40,471 nt of DNA. Source: a virus (lineage: Duplodnaviria > Heunggongvirae > Uroviricota > Caudoviricetes). The position numbers were made by a program, and so were the translations under genes. Shown here in pieces: positions 1-8,807 of this stretch. The number at the start of each line of letters is the position of its first letter. Position 1 is the first letter of the stretch. The notes under the pieces are model-generated. The model saw nothing but the letters and a program-made list of their open reading frames with translations, was not told the DNA's origin and did not search any database. Where the stretch lies: the IMG/VR virus record IMGVR_UViG_2547132281_000014, positions 1 through 40,471 of that record; one strand, given 5' to 3'.

Positions 1-1254
1 ATGCTGGAACAAATGGGCATTGCCGCGAAGCAAGCCTCGTATAAATTAGCGCAACTCTCCAGCCGCGAAAAAAATCGCGTGCTGGAAAAAATCGCCGATG
101 AACTGGAAGCACAAAGCGAAATCATCCTCAACGCTAACGCCCAGGATGTTGCTGACGCGCGTGCCAATGGCCTTGGCGAAGCGATGCTTGACCGTCTGGC
201 ACTGACGCCCGCACGGCTGAAAGGCATTGCCGATGATGTGCGCCAGGTGTGTAACCTCGCCGATCCGGTGGGGCAGGTAATCGATGGCAGCGTACTGGAC
301 AGCGGCCTGCGTCTTGAGCGTCGTCGCGTACCGCTGGGGGTTATTGGCGTGATTTATGAAGCGCGCCCGAACGTGACGGTTGATGTCGCTTCGCTGTGCC
401 TGAAAACCGGTAACGCAGTGATTCTGCGTGGCGGTAAAGAAACCTGTCGCACTAACGCGGCAACGGTGGCGGTGATTCAGGACGCCCTGAAATCCTGTGG
501 CTTACCGGTGGGTGCCGTGCAGGCGATTGATAATCCTGACCGTGCGCTGGTCAGTGAAATGCTGCGTATGGATAAATACATCGACATGCTGATCCCGCGT
601 GGTGGCGCTGGTTTGCATAAACTGTGCCGCGAACAGTCGACGATCCCGGTGATCACAGGTGGTATAGGCGTATGCCATATTTATGTTGATGAAAGTGTAG
701 AGATTGCTGAAGCATTAAAAGTGATCGTCAACGCGAAAACTCAGCGTCCGAGCACATGTAATACGGTAGAAACGTTGCTGGTGAATAAAAACATCGCCGA
801 TAGCTTCCTGCCCGCATTAAGCAAACAAATGGAGGAAAGCGGCGTGGCATTACACGCAGATGCAGCTGCGCTGGCGCAGTTGCAGACAGGCCCCGCGAAG
901 GTGGTGGCTGTTAAAGCGGAAGAGTATGACGATGAGTTTCTGTCATTAGATTTGAACGTCAAAATCGTCAGTGATCTTGACGATGCCATCGCCCATATTC
1001 GTGAACACGGCACACAACACTCCGATGCGATCCTGACCCGCGATATGCGCAACGCCCAGCGTTTTGTTAACGAAGTGGATTCGTCCGCTGTTTACGTTAA
1101 CGCCTCTACGCGTTTTACCGACGGCGGCCAGTTTGGACTAGGTGCGGAAGTGGCGGTAAGCACACAAAAACTCCACGCGCGTGGCCCAATGGGGCTGGAA
1201 GCACTGACCACTTACAAGTGGATCGGTATTGGTGATTACACCATTCGTGCGTAA
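1..1254 (+). CDS. proA: gamma-glutamyl phosphate reductase (proline biosynthesis), complete 417 aa
   Basis: Full-length ORF; translation matches my memory of enterobacterial ProA from [11 protein letters not shown] to the C-terminus; TAA stop at 1252-1254. Confidence 0.95.
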   Translation: MLEQMGIAAKQASYKLAQLSSREKNRVLEKIADELEAQSEIILNANAQDVADARANGLGEAMLDRLALTPARLKGIADDVRQVCNLADPVGQVIDGSVLDSGLRLERRRVPLGVIGVIYEARPNVTVDVASLCLKTGNAVILRGGKETCRTNAATVAVIQDALKSCGLPVGAVQAIDNPDRALVSEMLRMDKYIDMLIPRGGAGLHKLCREQSTIPVITGGIGVCHIYVDESVEIAEALKVIVNAKTQRPSTCNTVETLLVNKNIADSFLPALSKQMEESGVALHADAAALAQLQTGPAKVVAVKAEEYDDEFLSLDLNVKIVSDLDDAIAHIREHGTQHSDAILTRDMRNAQRFVNEVDSSAVYVNASTRFTDGGQFGLGAEVAVSTQKLHARGPMGLEALTTYKWIGIGDYTIRA

Positions 1255-1368
1255 ATAAAACCGGGTGATGCAAAAGTAGCCATTTGATTCACAAGGCCAT
1301 TGACGCATCGCCCGGTTAGTTTTAACCTTGTCCACCGTGATTCACGTTCGTGAACATGTCCTTTCAGG

Positions 1369-1444
1369 GCCGATATAGCTCAGTTGGTAGAGCAGCGCAT
1401 TCGTAATGCGAAGGTCGTAGGTTCGACTCCTATTATCGGCACCA
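1369..1444 (+). tRNA. thrW: tRNA-Thr (anticodon CGU)
   Basis: 76-nt sequence GCCGATATAGCTCAGTTGGTAGAGCAGCGCATTCGTAATGCGAAGGTCGTAGGTTCGACTCCTATTATCGGCACCA with cloverleaf arms, anticodon loop TTCGTAA and encoded CCA; directly downstream of proA as in E. coli-type genomes. Confidence 0.9.
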
Positions 1445-1458
1445 TTTAAATCAATAAG

Positions 1459-2622
1459 TTACACATCATTAGTACCTTCCTTATTTTTTGACTGGGACAA
1501 ATTTGGGACCGATGGGTTTAGGATCGAGTCTATTTGCCGTGCGTGTTCGGTAAGGTGATTAGGTGCAAGGTGAGCATATCGACGAACCATTTCGATAGAC
1601 TCCCAGCCTCCCATTTCCTGTAACACTGACAACGGGACTCCGGCTTGAACTAGCCAACTTGCCCAGGTGTGTCTCAAGTCGTGAAATCTGAAATCATCAA
1701 TACCAGCCCGTCTCAGCGCCGCTTTCCAGGCTGTGTTTGCGTCATACCGCATCTTCCTGACTGTTGGCGCTTTCGTTCCGTCTGGTTTGGTACAGCTTTC
1801 CTTGTACACAAATACCCAACGGTGATGATTCCCGATTTGTTTTTTCAATACGCGACATGCAGTATCATTCAGCGCAACGCCAATTGCGCGGTTTGATTTA
1901 CTCTCTTCCGGGTTTATCCATGCCACCCGGCGCTGCATATCTATTTGTTGCCATTCAAGGTTGATGATGTTCGAGCGTCTTAGGCCTGTTGCCAGTGCAA
2001 ATTCAACAACAGACTTTAATGGCTCCGGACATTCATCAATCAGCCTTTGTGCTTCATGGGGCTCCAGCCAGCGGATCCGTTTATTCTTTGGTTGGGGCAC
2101 TTTAATAATTGGTGCCTTATCCAGCATTTTCCATTCACGCTCTGCGGCTCTTAGTAGGGCCTTTATAAATGAAAGATGCGTAGCCTTCGTTGCAACGGAC
2201 GCTGGTTTTGGCGTGTATTCTGGAACAGGTTTCCCTTTTTTTCTGCATGCTTCTGCCCTGAGTTTCCAGTTTTCCTCATGACGCCGGTTCGTCATTTTCT
2301 GCATTGCTGAATAAATTTTTGATTCAGTAATGTCTCTTAGTTGCATTCCTGCGAAATGTTGAAGCCAGAATCCGATCCGGCTTTTGTCATCGTCCAGTGA
2401 TTTTTTATGTGCTTTCTCTTCAAGCCACCTGACACACGCTTCCTCGAACGTTATATCAGGTATTTCACCAAGTTTGCTGACCCGCCATGCTTCAGCCTTT
2501 AGCTTGTCATGGAGTTCTGTCGCCTGCCTTTTGTCCTTTGTTCCAAGAGACTGTTTAAATCTTTTACCGTTCGGCAATGTGAAACTGGCGTACCATATTT
2601 CACCTCTGCGGAAGAGTGACAT
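1459..2622 (-). CDS. int: phage tyrosine integrase (site-specific recombinase)
   Basis: 387-aa ORF reading toward the tRNA; C-terminal [10 protein letters not shown]...MVRRYAHL tyrosine-recombinase motif; ATG at 2622 with GAGGAA Shine-Dalgarno. Confidence 0.9.
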   Translation of the reverse strand: MSLFRRGEIWYASFTLPNGKRFKQSLGTKDKRQATELHDKLKAEAWRVSKLGEIPDITFEEACVRWLEEKAHKKSLDDDKSRIGFWLQHFAGMQLRDITESKIYSAMQKMTNRRHEENWKLRAEACRKKGKPVPEYTPKPASVATKATHLSFIKALLRAAEREWKMLDKAPIIKVPQPKNKRIRWLEPHEAQRLIDECPEPLKSVVEFALATGLRRSNIINLEWQQIDMQRRVAWINPEESKSNRAIGVALNDTACRVLKKQIGNHHRWVFVYKESCTKPDGTKAPTVRKMRYDANTAWKAALRRAGIDDFRFHDLRHTWASWLVQAGVPLSVLQEMGGWESIEMVRRYAHLAPNHLTEHARQIDSILNPSVPNLSQSKNKEGTNDV

Positions 2623-2849
2623 TTTCTTTCCTCTGTTATGCCATCACCCGCGCTCACCTGGACAGTATGCAGCGGAGACTGAAGAGCCGCAATGCAGGCT
2701 TGTCGTGTTGTGAGGTAAGGAGATTTATTCTTAGTGGGATCTTTGCGTGTTGCCTGAAGACGCCCTGTGCGTATCCAGTTAATGGCAGTCGGTCTGGATA
2801 TCTTGAGAAAATGACAGGCCTCATCGAGTGTGAGGCTGTATGGCTCCAT
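2499..2849 (-). CDS. excisionase / AlpA-like HTH DNA-binding protein (start and extent uncertain; 3' end overlaps int)
   Basis: Internal ATG at 2849 preceded by GAGGTG and overlapping the upstream stop (TAATG); N-terminal [26 protein letters not shown] resembles AlpA/Xis-type HTH; sits directly upstream of int. Confidence 0.5.
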   Translation of the reverse strand: MEPYSLTLDEACHFLKISRPTAINWIRTGRLQATRKDPTKNKSPYLTTRQACIAALQSPLHTVQVSAGDGITEERKCHSSAEVKYGTPVSHCRTVKDLNSLLEQRTKGRRQNSMTS

Positions 2850-3154
2850 TATTTCACCTCTTGCTGTGACATTGTTGAAAAATGGATACCAGCTCGTTGC
2901 TGCCAGACGATCCAACCGAGAGTCATATCCCATGCCATGTATTCGTTATCGCCGTTTTTTGCTCTCCGACGATCTACTAAGTCACCGAAACGCTTTTCCA
3001 TGAATAATTCATAAGCTTCGCGTTCATCTGGTTCTACTTCCAGAGATAGGAGTGCGATTTCATAAGCACGGCGCTCAATATCGTCTCGCACGTCAAGGCT
3101 GCTGATACGCTCTTTAATTTCTTTAATCAGTTCTTTGTCGGTAAAAGTGGTCAT
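2849..3154 (-). CDS. hypothetical phage protein, YfdT-like by size and position (101 aa)
   Basis: ORF translationally coupled on both sides (TAATG overlaps); matches the 101-aa slot of the CPS-53 yfdQ/R/S/T cluster. Confidence 0.55.
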   Translation of the reverse strand: MTTFTDKELIKEIKERISSLDVRDDIERRAYEIALLSLEVEPDEREAYELFMEKRFGDLVDRRRAKNGDNEYMAWDMTLGWIVWQQRAGIHFSTMSQQEVK

Positions 3155-3516
3155 TATGCTCCAGCCTCCGGTGCTTTTGGCATTACTGCCCAGTGAGTGA
3201 TATTGACGTTTTCAAGGTCCCCGACCTGAAATGTCCACTGCCATTCTCCGGTTTCTTTTTGTCCCCAGGTGTACCAGAGAGAACGCCAGCCAATTAGCCA
3301 GCCTTCTCCGTTAGCATCGAATAACAAAACACTTTCATTTGCTGGTGGCAGTTCAGTTGACACTGGTATTACTTTGTTTTCCTGTGCTGCACATTTAGCT
3401 TCAAGCGCATCGAATTTACGCACCAGGTATTCAGCATCTGTTTCATTTACTTTCAGATCTCGCGGTACACATCTCCCACGAAGAAACCCTTCCATTTCGA
3501 AAACATTCATGCGCAT
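3154..3516 (-). CDS. hypothetical phage protein, YfdS-like (120 aa)
   Basis: ATG at 3516; the upstream gene's stop codon falls within its first codons; 120 aa as in YfdS. Confidence 0.55.
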   Translation of the reverse strand: MRMNVFEMEGFLRGRCVPRDLKVNETDAEYLVRKFDALEAKCAAQENKVIPVSTELPPANESVLLFDANGEGWLIGWRSLWYTWGQKETGEWQWTFQVGDLENVNITHWAVMPKAPEAGA

Positions 3517-4043
3517 TTGCGTAACTCCGATAACTCGTTAAAGCGTTCCATAAACATCCCGTAGGCATGGCCCGGTGCCAGTGGAATCACGTTGAACATC
3601 TCTGTTGCCGGGATATCTTCCAGTACAGGCCAGAAAGAGCCATCATCAAGCCCGAGATCGCGGCGTTCGGTTGCCAGCATGATGAGATCGGCATATTTCA
3701 CGGGCGTACTCATAACTGGCGGTAACCCGTATTTCTCACGGATTACGGCGTCTATTTTTTCTTCCATTTGTTTATAGTCAGGAAGAAGGCGTTTCAGTGG
3801 TGCGGGAATGTCCTGGCAATACGCTTCTGTTGCATCATGCATTAACGCTTCAAAAGCAAATTCCTGCGGCACCAGCTGGCTGCAAAGAACCGCATGTTGG
3901 GCGACGCTGTAGAAGTGCGAAAGATGACCGGCAAAGCGACAGATATTTGAAAGGGAAACCGCGATATCGTTAATATCGATGTCGTCTTTATTTATCCTGT
4001 CATAATAAAAATGCTTCCCGGAAAAAGTTTTAATAAATGACAT
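3507..4043 (-). CDS. HD-domain phosphohydrolase (5'-deoxynucleotidase-like), YfdR-like, 178 aa
   Basis: HD motif LMHDATEAY; internal ATG at 4043 with GGAG Shine-Dalgarno gives 178 aa; the ORF track extends to 4070 with an alternative start. Confidence 0.75.
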   Translation of the reverse strand: MSFIKTFSGKHFYYDRINKDDIDINDIAVSLSNICRFAGHLSHFYSVAQHAVLCSQLVPQEFAFEALMHDATEAYCQDIPAPLKRLLPDYKQMEEKIDAVIREKYGLPPVMSTPVKYADLIMLATERRDLGLDDGSFWPVLEDIPATEMFNVIPLAPGHAYGMFMERFNELSELRKCA

Positions 4044-4170
4044 TTTGTTCTCCACGTATATGCGCTGCACCGCGCTGAATTCTGGTAAAAAGAATCCCTC
4101 ACCATCCGGCGATTATTGAGTAAATTACGTTTCCATAAATGCCCCCGCAGGGGCATTTGCAGTAATGAAA

Positions 4171-4995
4171 TCAGGCGGTGAAAGTACCAATAAAGGTTTC
4201 TACTTTGCTGTCCTTGAATTTCTCAACAAGCAGATCACGAAATTCGTTAGCCATTTCTTCCTGCACCGCCTCCAGCTGAATAATGCGCAGAACCAGTACA
4301 GGACGATCGCCAGTGATAATACTGAGGCGTAATTTAAACGGACGTTCTTTCAGACCTTCAAACGGAACGCATTTAAATTCAAATGCCACTGGCATAATGT
4401 CTTTGGTCTTCGCTTCGACAGACTCCATCAGGGAGCGTTTGCCGCTGAAGTCATTATCTTCAAAATCAGCGGTCTGGTTTGCTTCAATCGTGATTTTACG
4501 GACAGCCGCAGCCGCTTTTGTTGCCTGAATAGCGTCACCATTAGCATCAAAGCCCACAAGATAGTCGGCCCAGTCTTCAATCCATTCTGCTAGTGACTTC
4601 TGGGAGTTACGCTCGCCGTTAACAGACAACAGAGCAGAGAACGGTGCTGTCTTTTTCAGTTTGAGTGTGGCGGTGTTATCTGCGTGACCTGGTTCATCAA
4701 TAGTACCCAGGTTAAGCACACTGACGGCACGCATATTATCAGCATCGATAAAGCAGCGGGTGCCTTCATCTGCAAGATCTTTAGAATAACGGGTAAAGTC
4801 ATCGATGCTGGCAGTGGAAAGCGCACCACGGAAACGGAAGCGATTTAAATTAAATTTTTCCAGATCATGAATGCGGAAATTCTCAGGCAATGCCACAGCA
4901 TCGGCACCAATCTTACTGATAATTTCATTAACACCCTGAGCAGAAATAAGGGCATGGATTTGATTAATTGCGGTTGCGTCTAAGTTCTGAGACAT
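4171..4995 (-). CDS. YfdQ-like protein (DUF2303-type), 274 aa
   Basis: ATG at 4995 with GAGGA Shine-Dalgarno; size and position match YfdQ upstream of the YfdR-like gene. Confidence 0.65.
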   Translation of the reverse strand: MSQNLDATAINQIHALISAQGVNEIISKIGADAVALPENFRIHDLEKFNLNRFRFRGALSTASIDDFTRYSKDLADEGTRCFIDADNMRAVSVLNLGTIDEPGHADNTATLKLKKTAPFSALLSVNGERNSQKSLAEWIEDWADYLVGFDANGDAIQATKAAAAVRKITIEANQTADFEDNDFSGKRSLMESVEAKTKDIMPVAFEFKCVPFEGLKERPFKLRLSIITGDRPVLVLRIIQLEAVQEEMANEFRDLLVEKFKDSKVETFIGTFTA

Positions 4996-5060
4996 AATAA
5001 GTCCTCACTATATAAAGATATTCAGTGATGAGATAAATAATCAGTTAATTAAAAACGATA

Positions 5061-5423
5061 TTAACGACCTGCTGCGCGGAGTTTTCCGTCAGGTTCACCG
5101 GCAAGAGTCAGTAACTGTCCCTGGTCTTCCTGCAGAATAGTCAGGCGACCACCGCGATTGACATACATCGGCGTTTCGGTGGTGTCTTCTTCGGAAATTT
5201 TCCCGCGGTTAGTCGGGCGAACATATGAGAGTTTGTGTTTGATTTTCACTCGGTTCTCATCAAACGGTTCGATTTCCAGGTTGAGCGAGACCTTACCTTT
5301 GGTTTTCGTGTTCATCACACCGGAAGCGACTTCACTGAGAACTGCGCCGATTTTGGTTTCAAATACGCCGCCGTCCAGCTCCCCGATAAATGCCTGCACA
5401 TCAGTACTGCGTTCGCTAGCCAT
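5061..5423 (-). CDS. hypothetical early-left protein, 120 aa (begins MASERSTDVQAF)
   Basis: Internal ATG at 5423 preceded by GAGGAG; the longer track ORF (to 5741) would run through the GC-rich structured noncoding block and looks like an artefact. Confidence 0.55.
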   Translation of the reverse strand: MASERSTDVQAFIGELDGGVFETKIGAVLSEVASGVMNTKTKGKVSLNLEIEPFDENRVKIKHKLSYVRPTNRGKISEEDTTETPMYVNRGGRLTILQEDQGQLLTLAGEPDGKLRAAGR

Positions 5424-5560
5424 TTTGCTGCTCCTCATCATATCGACTCTGCAAGGTCGGTTAGTTTCTCCACAAAACAGAGAAGAACACCTGCGGTGAC
5501 TGCCGCCCGGATGGATTGGGTTATGAGCCCGTCGTCCGGTGATGCTCTTCTCTGTTTTGT

Positions 5561-5604
5561 AAAAAGGACGGTACCAGCCGGAAGCAAGGGTACAAGCTGG
5601 TACC
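5561..5604 (-). terminator. putative intrinsic terminator for leftward (minus-strand) transcription
   Basis: 9-bp perfect stem GGTACCAGC/GCTGGTACC with 17-nt loop, followed on the minus strand by CCUUUUUAC. Confidence 0.5.
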
Positions 5605-5627
5605 GCCAAGACTACACACAGCATCAA

Positions 5628-5751
5628 GTTGTGGTGCCGGGTGCCTCCCGGTGCCTGGCGAAGGTTGCACACCAGGCGGGTGGGTATCCACAGAAGGTCG
5701 ACTGTCAGCCTCAACCTTAACCCGCGTGCGCTGAGCCGCATTCACCACAAC
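5628..5751. other. closed multi-helix structured element of unknown function (candidate ncRNA or cis-regulatory RNA)
   Basis: Long-range 9-bp helix GTTGTGGTG (5628-5636) / CACCACAAC (5743-5751) encloses nested hairpins CCGGG..CCCGG, GCCTGG..CCAGGC and GCGGGT..ACCCGC; GC-rich island with no convincing ORF on either strand. Confidence 0.3.
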
Positions 5752-5891
5752 GCTAAGGATTCTCTCTGGTTGAAAATACTTAGCTGTTATGTGCCTGCTT
5801 TTAGCCACATCAGGCGAGGTGGACCTGGTTATTCCCCAACAACAAGGATTCGGTTAATCTGGTTATCCCCAACAACGCAAAAGGAAAAGAA

Positions 5892-6326
5892 ATGTCCGGT
5901 AATATCTATACGCTGTACAAATCCCACTGTGAAAATGTTGGAAAGTATCGGGGCATTGAAATCAGTGGGGTAGTGTCATCAGTCGAAATAAGCAAAGTTG
6001 AATCAAGGGCAACATTACTTACTCTTTTGGACCTTGTCTTACATGAGCACCGGAAGAAATTCGGCACTCCCTATAATCAGTTGAATGGGAAAAAGGCTCT
6101 GGTTCACCTTATTCTGATGAAGCATCACTGGATGCCAAAACAGATTAATGAGATGAAATTTGATGAACTTCTTCTTTCAATTCAGGATGAACTCACACTT
6201 GATAAAATAAGCGTAACCGCCCAGAAATTTTTAGATTATCGAGACTGGAGAGCACAAATTCATCACTTTGATGATTTTGACGAAAATGAATGGGATCCTA
6301 ATTTGTCTGCACAATATCTAAAGTAA
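5892..6326 (+). CDS. hypothetical protein, 144 aa; AT-rich moron transcribed antisense to the early-left operon
   Basis: ATG at 5892 preceded by AAGGAAAAG; low GC; opposite orientation to all neighbours; two direct repeats upstream and a plus-strand terminator downstream. Confidence 0.6.
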   Translation: MSGNIYTLYKSHCENVGKYRGIEISGVVSSVEISKVESRATLLTLLDLVLHEHRKKFGTPYNQLNGKKALVHLILMKHHWMPKQINEMKFDELLLSIQDELTLDKISVTAQKFLDYRDWRAQIHHFDDFDENEWDPNLSAQYLK

Positions 6327-6504
6327 CATCCTGTGATAAAACCGTGATTTCCTGATCCAGTTTTTTTAAGGAGTCTATTGTTTCCTGTCGATAAGACAGC
6401 ACTTCACGAAGCTGGTTTATAGCTGCCAGCTTCTTTGTCATCCACTCATAAATTTCCTCATCTGTGTAGCCAGGCGCGACGATTTTGGGTTCTGTTTTGT
6501 GCAT
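6298..6504 (-). CDS. hypothetical protein, 68 aa, first gene downstream of the putative PL
   Basis: ATG at 6504 with GAGGAG Shine-Dalgarno 8 nt upstream (the track ORF starts at an upstream TTG); no arginine-rich N-like motif. Confidence 0.45.
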   Translation of the reverse strand: MHKTEPKIVAPGYTDEEIYEWMTKKLAAINQLREVLSYRQETIDSLKKLDQEITVLSQDVTLDIVQTN

Positions 6505-6562
6505 TTCACATCTCCTCAAGTTATCAGTTACTTGTTGATGGGGACCAGATTGTTAAAGAGCT

Positions 6563-6586
6563 AAGCGTCCTGTAGGGCGCTTTTTT
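6563..6586 (+). terminator. putative rho-independent terminator (plus strand)
   Basis: AAGCGTCC-TGTA-GGGCGCTT hairpin followed by TTTTTTG; lies about 240 nt downstream of the 5892..6326 gene, within and antisense to the 68-aa minus-strand gene. Confidence 0.5.
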
Positions 6587-6668
6587 GTTGCTAACGAATC
6601 ATCCTGGACTTCATATGCCCCAGGCGGCTACTTCGTGGGCGTCCTGCCTGTTCGTTGTCGGCAAAATG

Positions 6669-6697
6669 ATATTGCTACTTAAAGTTGCAAAAATCAA
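6669..6697 (-). promoter_or_regulatory. putative PL promoter with embedded operator (OL)
   Basis: Minus strand reads TTGATT-N17-CAATAT; the spacer holds CTACTTAAAGTTGCAA, the same motif as in the PR spacer. Confidence 0.45.
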
Positions 6698-7016
6698 CTA
6701 CAAAAAGTAGAAGTTAAGGGCATAAAAACGCATTTTGAAATTAATTCATTGAATTTACAGGTAAAATATTTTGGGGGCTATGATCAAAAAATTATATTGT
6801 GAAGTTAGCTGAGTTGTAGAACGTGATGGATTGTTTCATTGTGGCTGAGATCAGTATGTGATCTAGTTAATCATCAAGTGGGGAGAAGTCAATCATGAGA
6901 GTATTGTTGAGTTTTTGGAGGCTAAGTGTAAAACGGTAGGGAATTTACTACTCAATGGATTGTGTGATTTAGCCTCGATAGTAAGAAAACTAGGGCAGGT
7001 CATAGTCAAAAACTTA

Positions 7017-7301
7017 TCAAAACATAAATTTGGCGAGACCTAAAATCGCCAAGCCTGTTGCAACAGTCCATGCGATCTGTTTATTTACGGCTGATGAAAT
7101 AGCGCTGTTGACTTCACTTAGGCTAGGTTTTTTTGACAACTTTTCATCTATATCTATTTGTTTTTGAAGGATAACAGCGACATCGCGTCGGGTGTCGGAG
7201 AGAGCGTTTCGCAAATCACGAATGTCAGCTCTCATCTCTGCGAGATTTGTTTTTATATCCTCAACATTCGCTTCTAACTTAGCGACTCGGGCTTCAAGCA
7301 T
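7017..7301 (-). CDS. coiled-coil protein with C-terminal transmembrane helix (XhlA-like architecture), 94 aa; alternative upstream start at 7424 gives 135 aa
   Basis: ATG at 7301 with GGAGGTG 7 nt upstream; heptad-like MLEARVAKLEANVEDIKTNLAEMRADIRDL followed by hydrophobic IAWTVATGLAILGLAKFMF; occupies the lambda rexB position. Confidence 0.5.
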   Translation of the reverse strand: MLEARVAKLEANVEDIKTNLAEMRADIRDLRNALSDTRRDVAVILQKQIDIDEKLSKKPSLSEVNSAISSAVNKQIAWTVATGLAILGLAKFMF

Positions 7302-7368
7302 GTCATCACCTCCGCCATCTCCACCGTGTCTTCTAATTGTGGGAAGTTCACTATTAAATGGTACTACA

Positions 7369-7716
7369 TTATTTTGCGGCGTCGGCATTTTTTTCATCTT
7401 CCGTTTTTGCTGGGAACTTTTCATTTACCCAGTTCAAAACTGAAAACGCATTTATATGAATTTCATTTCCACAATTGTTGCATATTAGTGAAAAGTAATA
7501 CTGGTTAGCAGTATCAGAATAAATGCTTTTTTCAGTAAAAACATTCACATAACTACCAAGTTTCATAGTACATGGCATGCCCACATTCGCGCTGACTTGA
7601 GGCACAGTCAATCTGTCGTGTCCACATAGTGTACATTTTAGATATATATTCTTTTCTGAGAAATAAGAGACCAACATATCCATGTTAATCTTTTCGAATC
7701 CCTGCTCACTAGCCAT
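7369..7716 (-). CDS. zinc-ribbon-like protein, 115 aa (CTLCGH ... CNNCGN), immediately downstream of cI
   Basis: ATG at 7716 with AAGGG Shine-Dalgarno, 15 nt after the cI stop; two CxxC pairs; AT-rich; occupies the lambda rexA position. Confidence 0.6.
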   Translation of the reverse strand: MASEQGFEKINMDMLVSYFSEKNIYLKCTLCGHDRLTVPQVSANVGMPCTMKLGSYVNVFTEKSIYSDTANQYYFSLICNNCGNEIHINAFSVLNWVNEKFPAKTEDEKNADAAK

Positions 7717-7731
7717 TATATGCCCTTAGAA

Positions 7732-8472
7732 CTATAACCGATTGTATTTTATTGACTCATGAATCAACGCCTTGCCCATTACATAAAGCTGATCCTGCGA
7801 TTTTTCATCGATGTACCATTTCTCATAGGCAGGGTTATCCGAAAGAACGGCTAGCTTGTCACCTTGCATTTGAAGACGTTTAACATGAAAAGTCTTACCG
7901 TAAACGAAAGAGTAAATTCCATCAGTCTGGAAGTGACGAACAGAAATGTCGACAAACAGTCGATCTCCGGAAACGAGAGTAGGGGACATACTATCGCCAT
8001 TTACAGTCATAACCTTAATATCATCCTGAGAACGGTTACCGAAAAGAGAACGGGCATGTTCTGTTGTGAACTCAATGGCGTAGAGCACATCAACATAGTC
8101 TGAAAGCATATAGGTTCCAGGTCCTGCGCTAACGCTAAGATCTAAAACTTCTATCCTGTATACGTCGGGTTTTGTTGGATTGGGGATGCTTGCCATTTCC
8201 TTACATCCTTCTCTCTCGCCAACACCATATTCTAAATATGAAGCCGATACCCCCAGAGCCAACGCAAGTTTATTCATGACAGAGGCACGAGGCTTCGCTG
8301 CGCCGATTGTGTATCGCCGCGCCATTTCATATGTAACGCCAACAAGACTTTTGAGTTGGGTGACAGAAATTCCCTTGTTTGTCATTAACTCGTTTAGTCT
8401 CTTGGCGAAATCTGGATACTTCTGTTCTTCTACCATAGGTAGAAGATTACTCACATCACATACGCTCGTCAT
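7732..8472 (-). CDS. CI-type prophage repressor (N-terminal HTH plus C-terminal S24 LexA-like peptidase domain)
   Basis: HTH region GISVTQLKSLVGVTYEMARRY and peptidase motif VNGDSMSPTL; divergent from the cro-like gene across operators; the track start at 8493 is a TTG, and the ATG at 8472 may give a leaderless start. Confidence 0.85.
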   Translation of the reverse strand: MTSVCDVSNLLPMVEEQKYPDFAKRLNELMTNKGISVTQLKSLVGVTYEMARRYTIGAAKPRASVMNKLALALGVSASYLEYGVGEREGCKEMASIPNPTKPDVYRIEVLDLSVSAGPGTYMLSDYVDVLYAIEFTTEHARSLFGNRSQDDIKVMTVNGDSMSPTLVSGDRLFVDISVRHFQTDGIYSFVYGKTFHVKRLQMQGDKLAVLSDNPAYEKWYIDEKSQDQLYVMGKALIHESIKYNRL

Positions 8473-8489
8473 TTCTATTTTAAGTAGTT

Positions 8490-8518
8490 GCAATTCGCTA
8501 CTTTAAGTAGCATTATCC
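8490..8518 (+). promoter_or_regulatory. putative PR promoter with embedded operator (OR)
   Basis: TTGCAA-N17-CATTAT with spacer containing CTACTTTAAGTAG; followed by AGGAG and the cro-like ATG at 8544; inverted AAGTAG/CTACTT half-sites across 8480-8510. Confidence 0.5.
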
Positions 8519-8543
8519 CCTCTGGATTTCAGAGGAGAAAGAT

Positions 8544-8807
8544 ATGTCATCTCAAAACTACACCGAGAAAGCAGTAAAGGCTGCGGGAAAGTCTTTATCT
8601 GAAGTAGCTCGTCGCTTTGGTTTTAAATCTACTCAATCTGTCGCTAATTGGGTAATTAACAATCAAGTCCCGTCGGAACGAGTTTTACAACTTTGTGAGC
8701 TGGGGAACTGGTCCGTAACCCCCCATGAGCTGCGTCCTGATATTTATCCAAATCCAAATGATGGATTACCAGAGTGCTATTCAAAAGTTAGCGGTTCAGT
8801 TGCGTAA
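8544..8807 (+). CDS. Cro-like HTH regulator (YdaS family)
   Basis: First rightward gene after OR; HTH SLSEVARRFGFKSTQSVANWV and ELRPDIY motif recalled from YdaS-type proteins. Confidence 0.7.
   Translation: MSSQNYTEKAVKAAGKSLSEVARRFGFKSTQSVANWVINNQVPSERVLQLCELGNWSVTPHELRPDIYPNPNDGLPECYSKVSGSVA

Noticed and set aside
5430-5760. Retron (msr/msd) hypothesis for the structured GC-rich element with a long-range closing helix
   Set aside because: No reverse transcriptase gene follows on either strand; the flanking genes are 120 aa and 144 aa with no RT motifs.
5235-5973. Plus-strand ORFs 5235..5720 and 5629..5973 and minus-strand ORF 5521..5808 over the structured region
   Set aside because: They overlap each other and the 120-aa minus-strand gene, lack ribosome-binding sites, and coincide with inverted repeats; judged noncoding.
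6298-6504. N-like antiterminator assignment for the first PL gene
   Set aside because: The protein lacks an arginine-rich N-terminal motif; its position alone is insufficient, so it is left as hypothetical.
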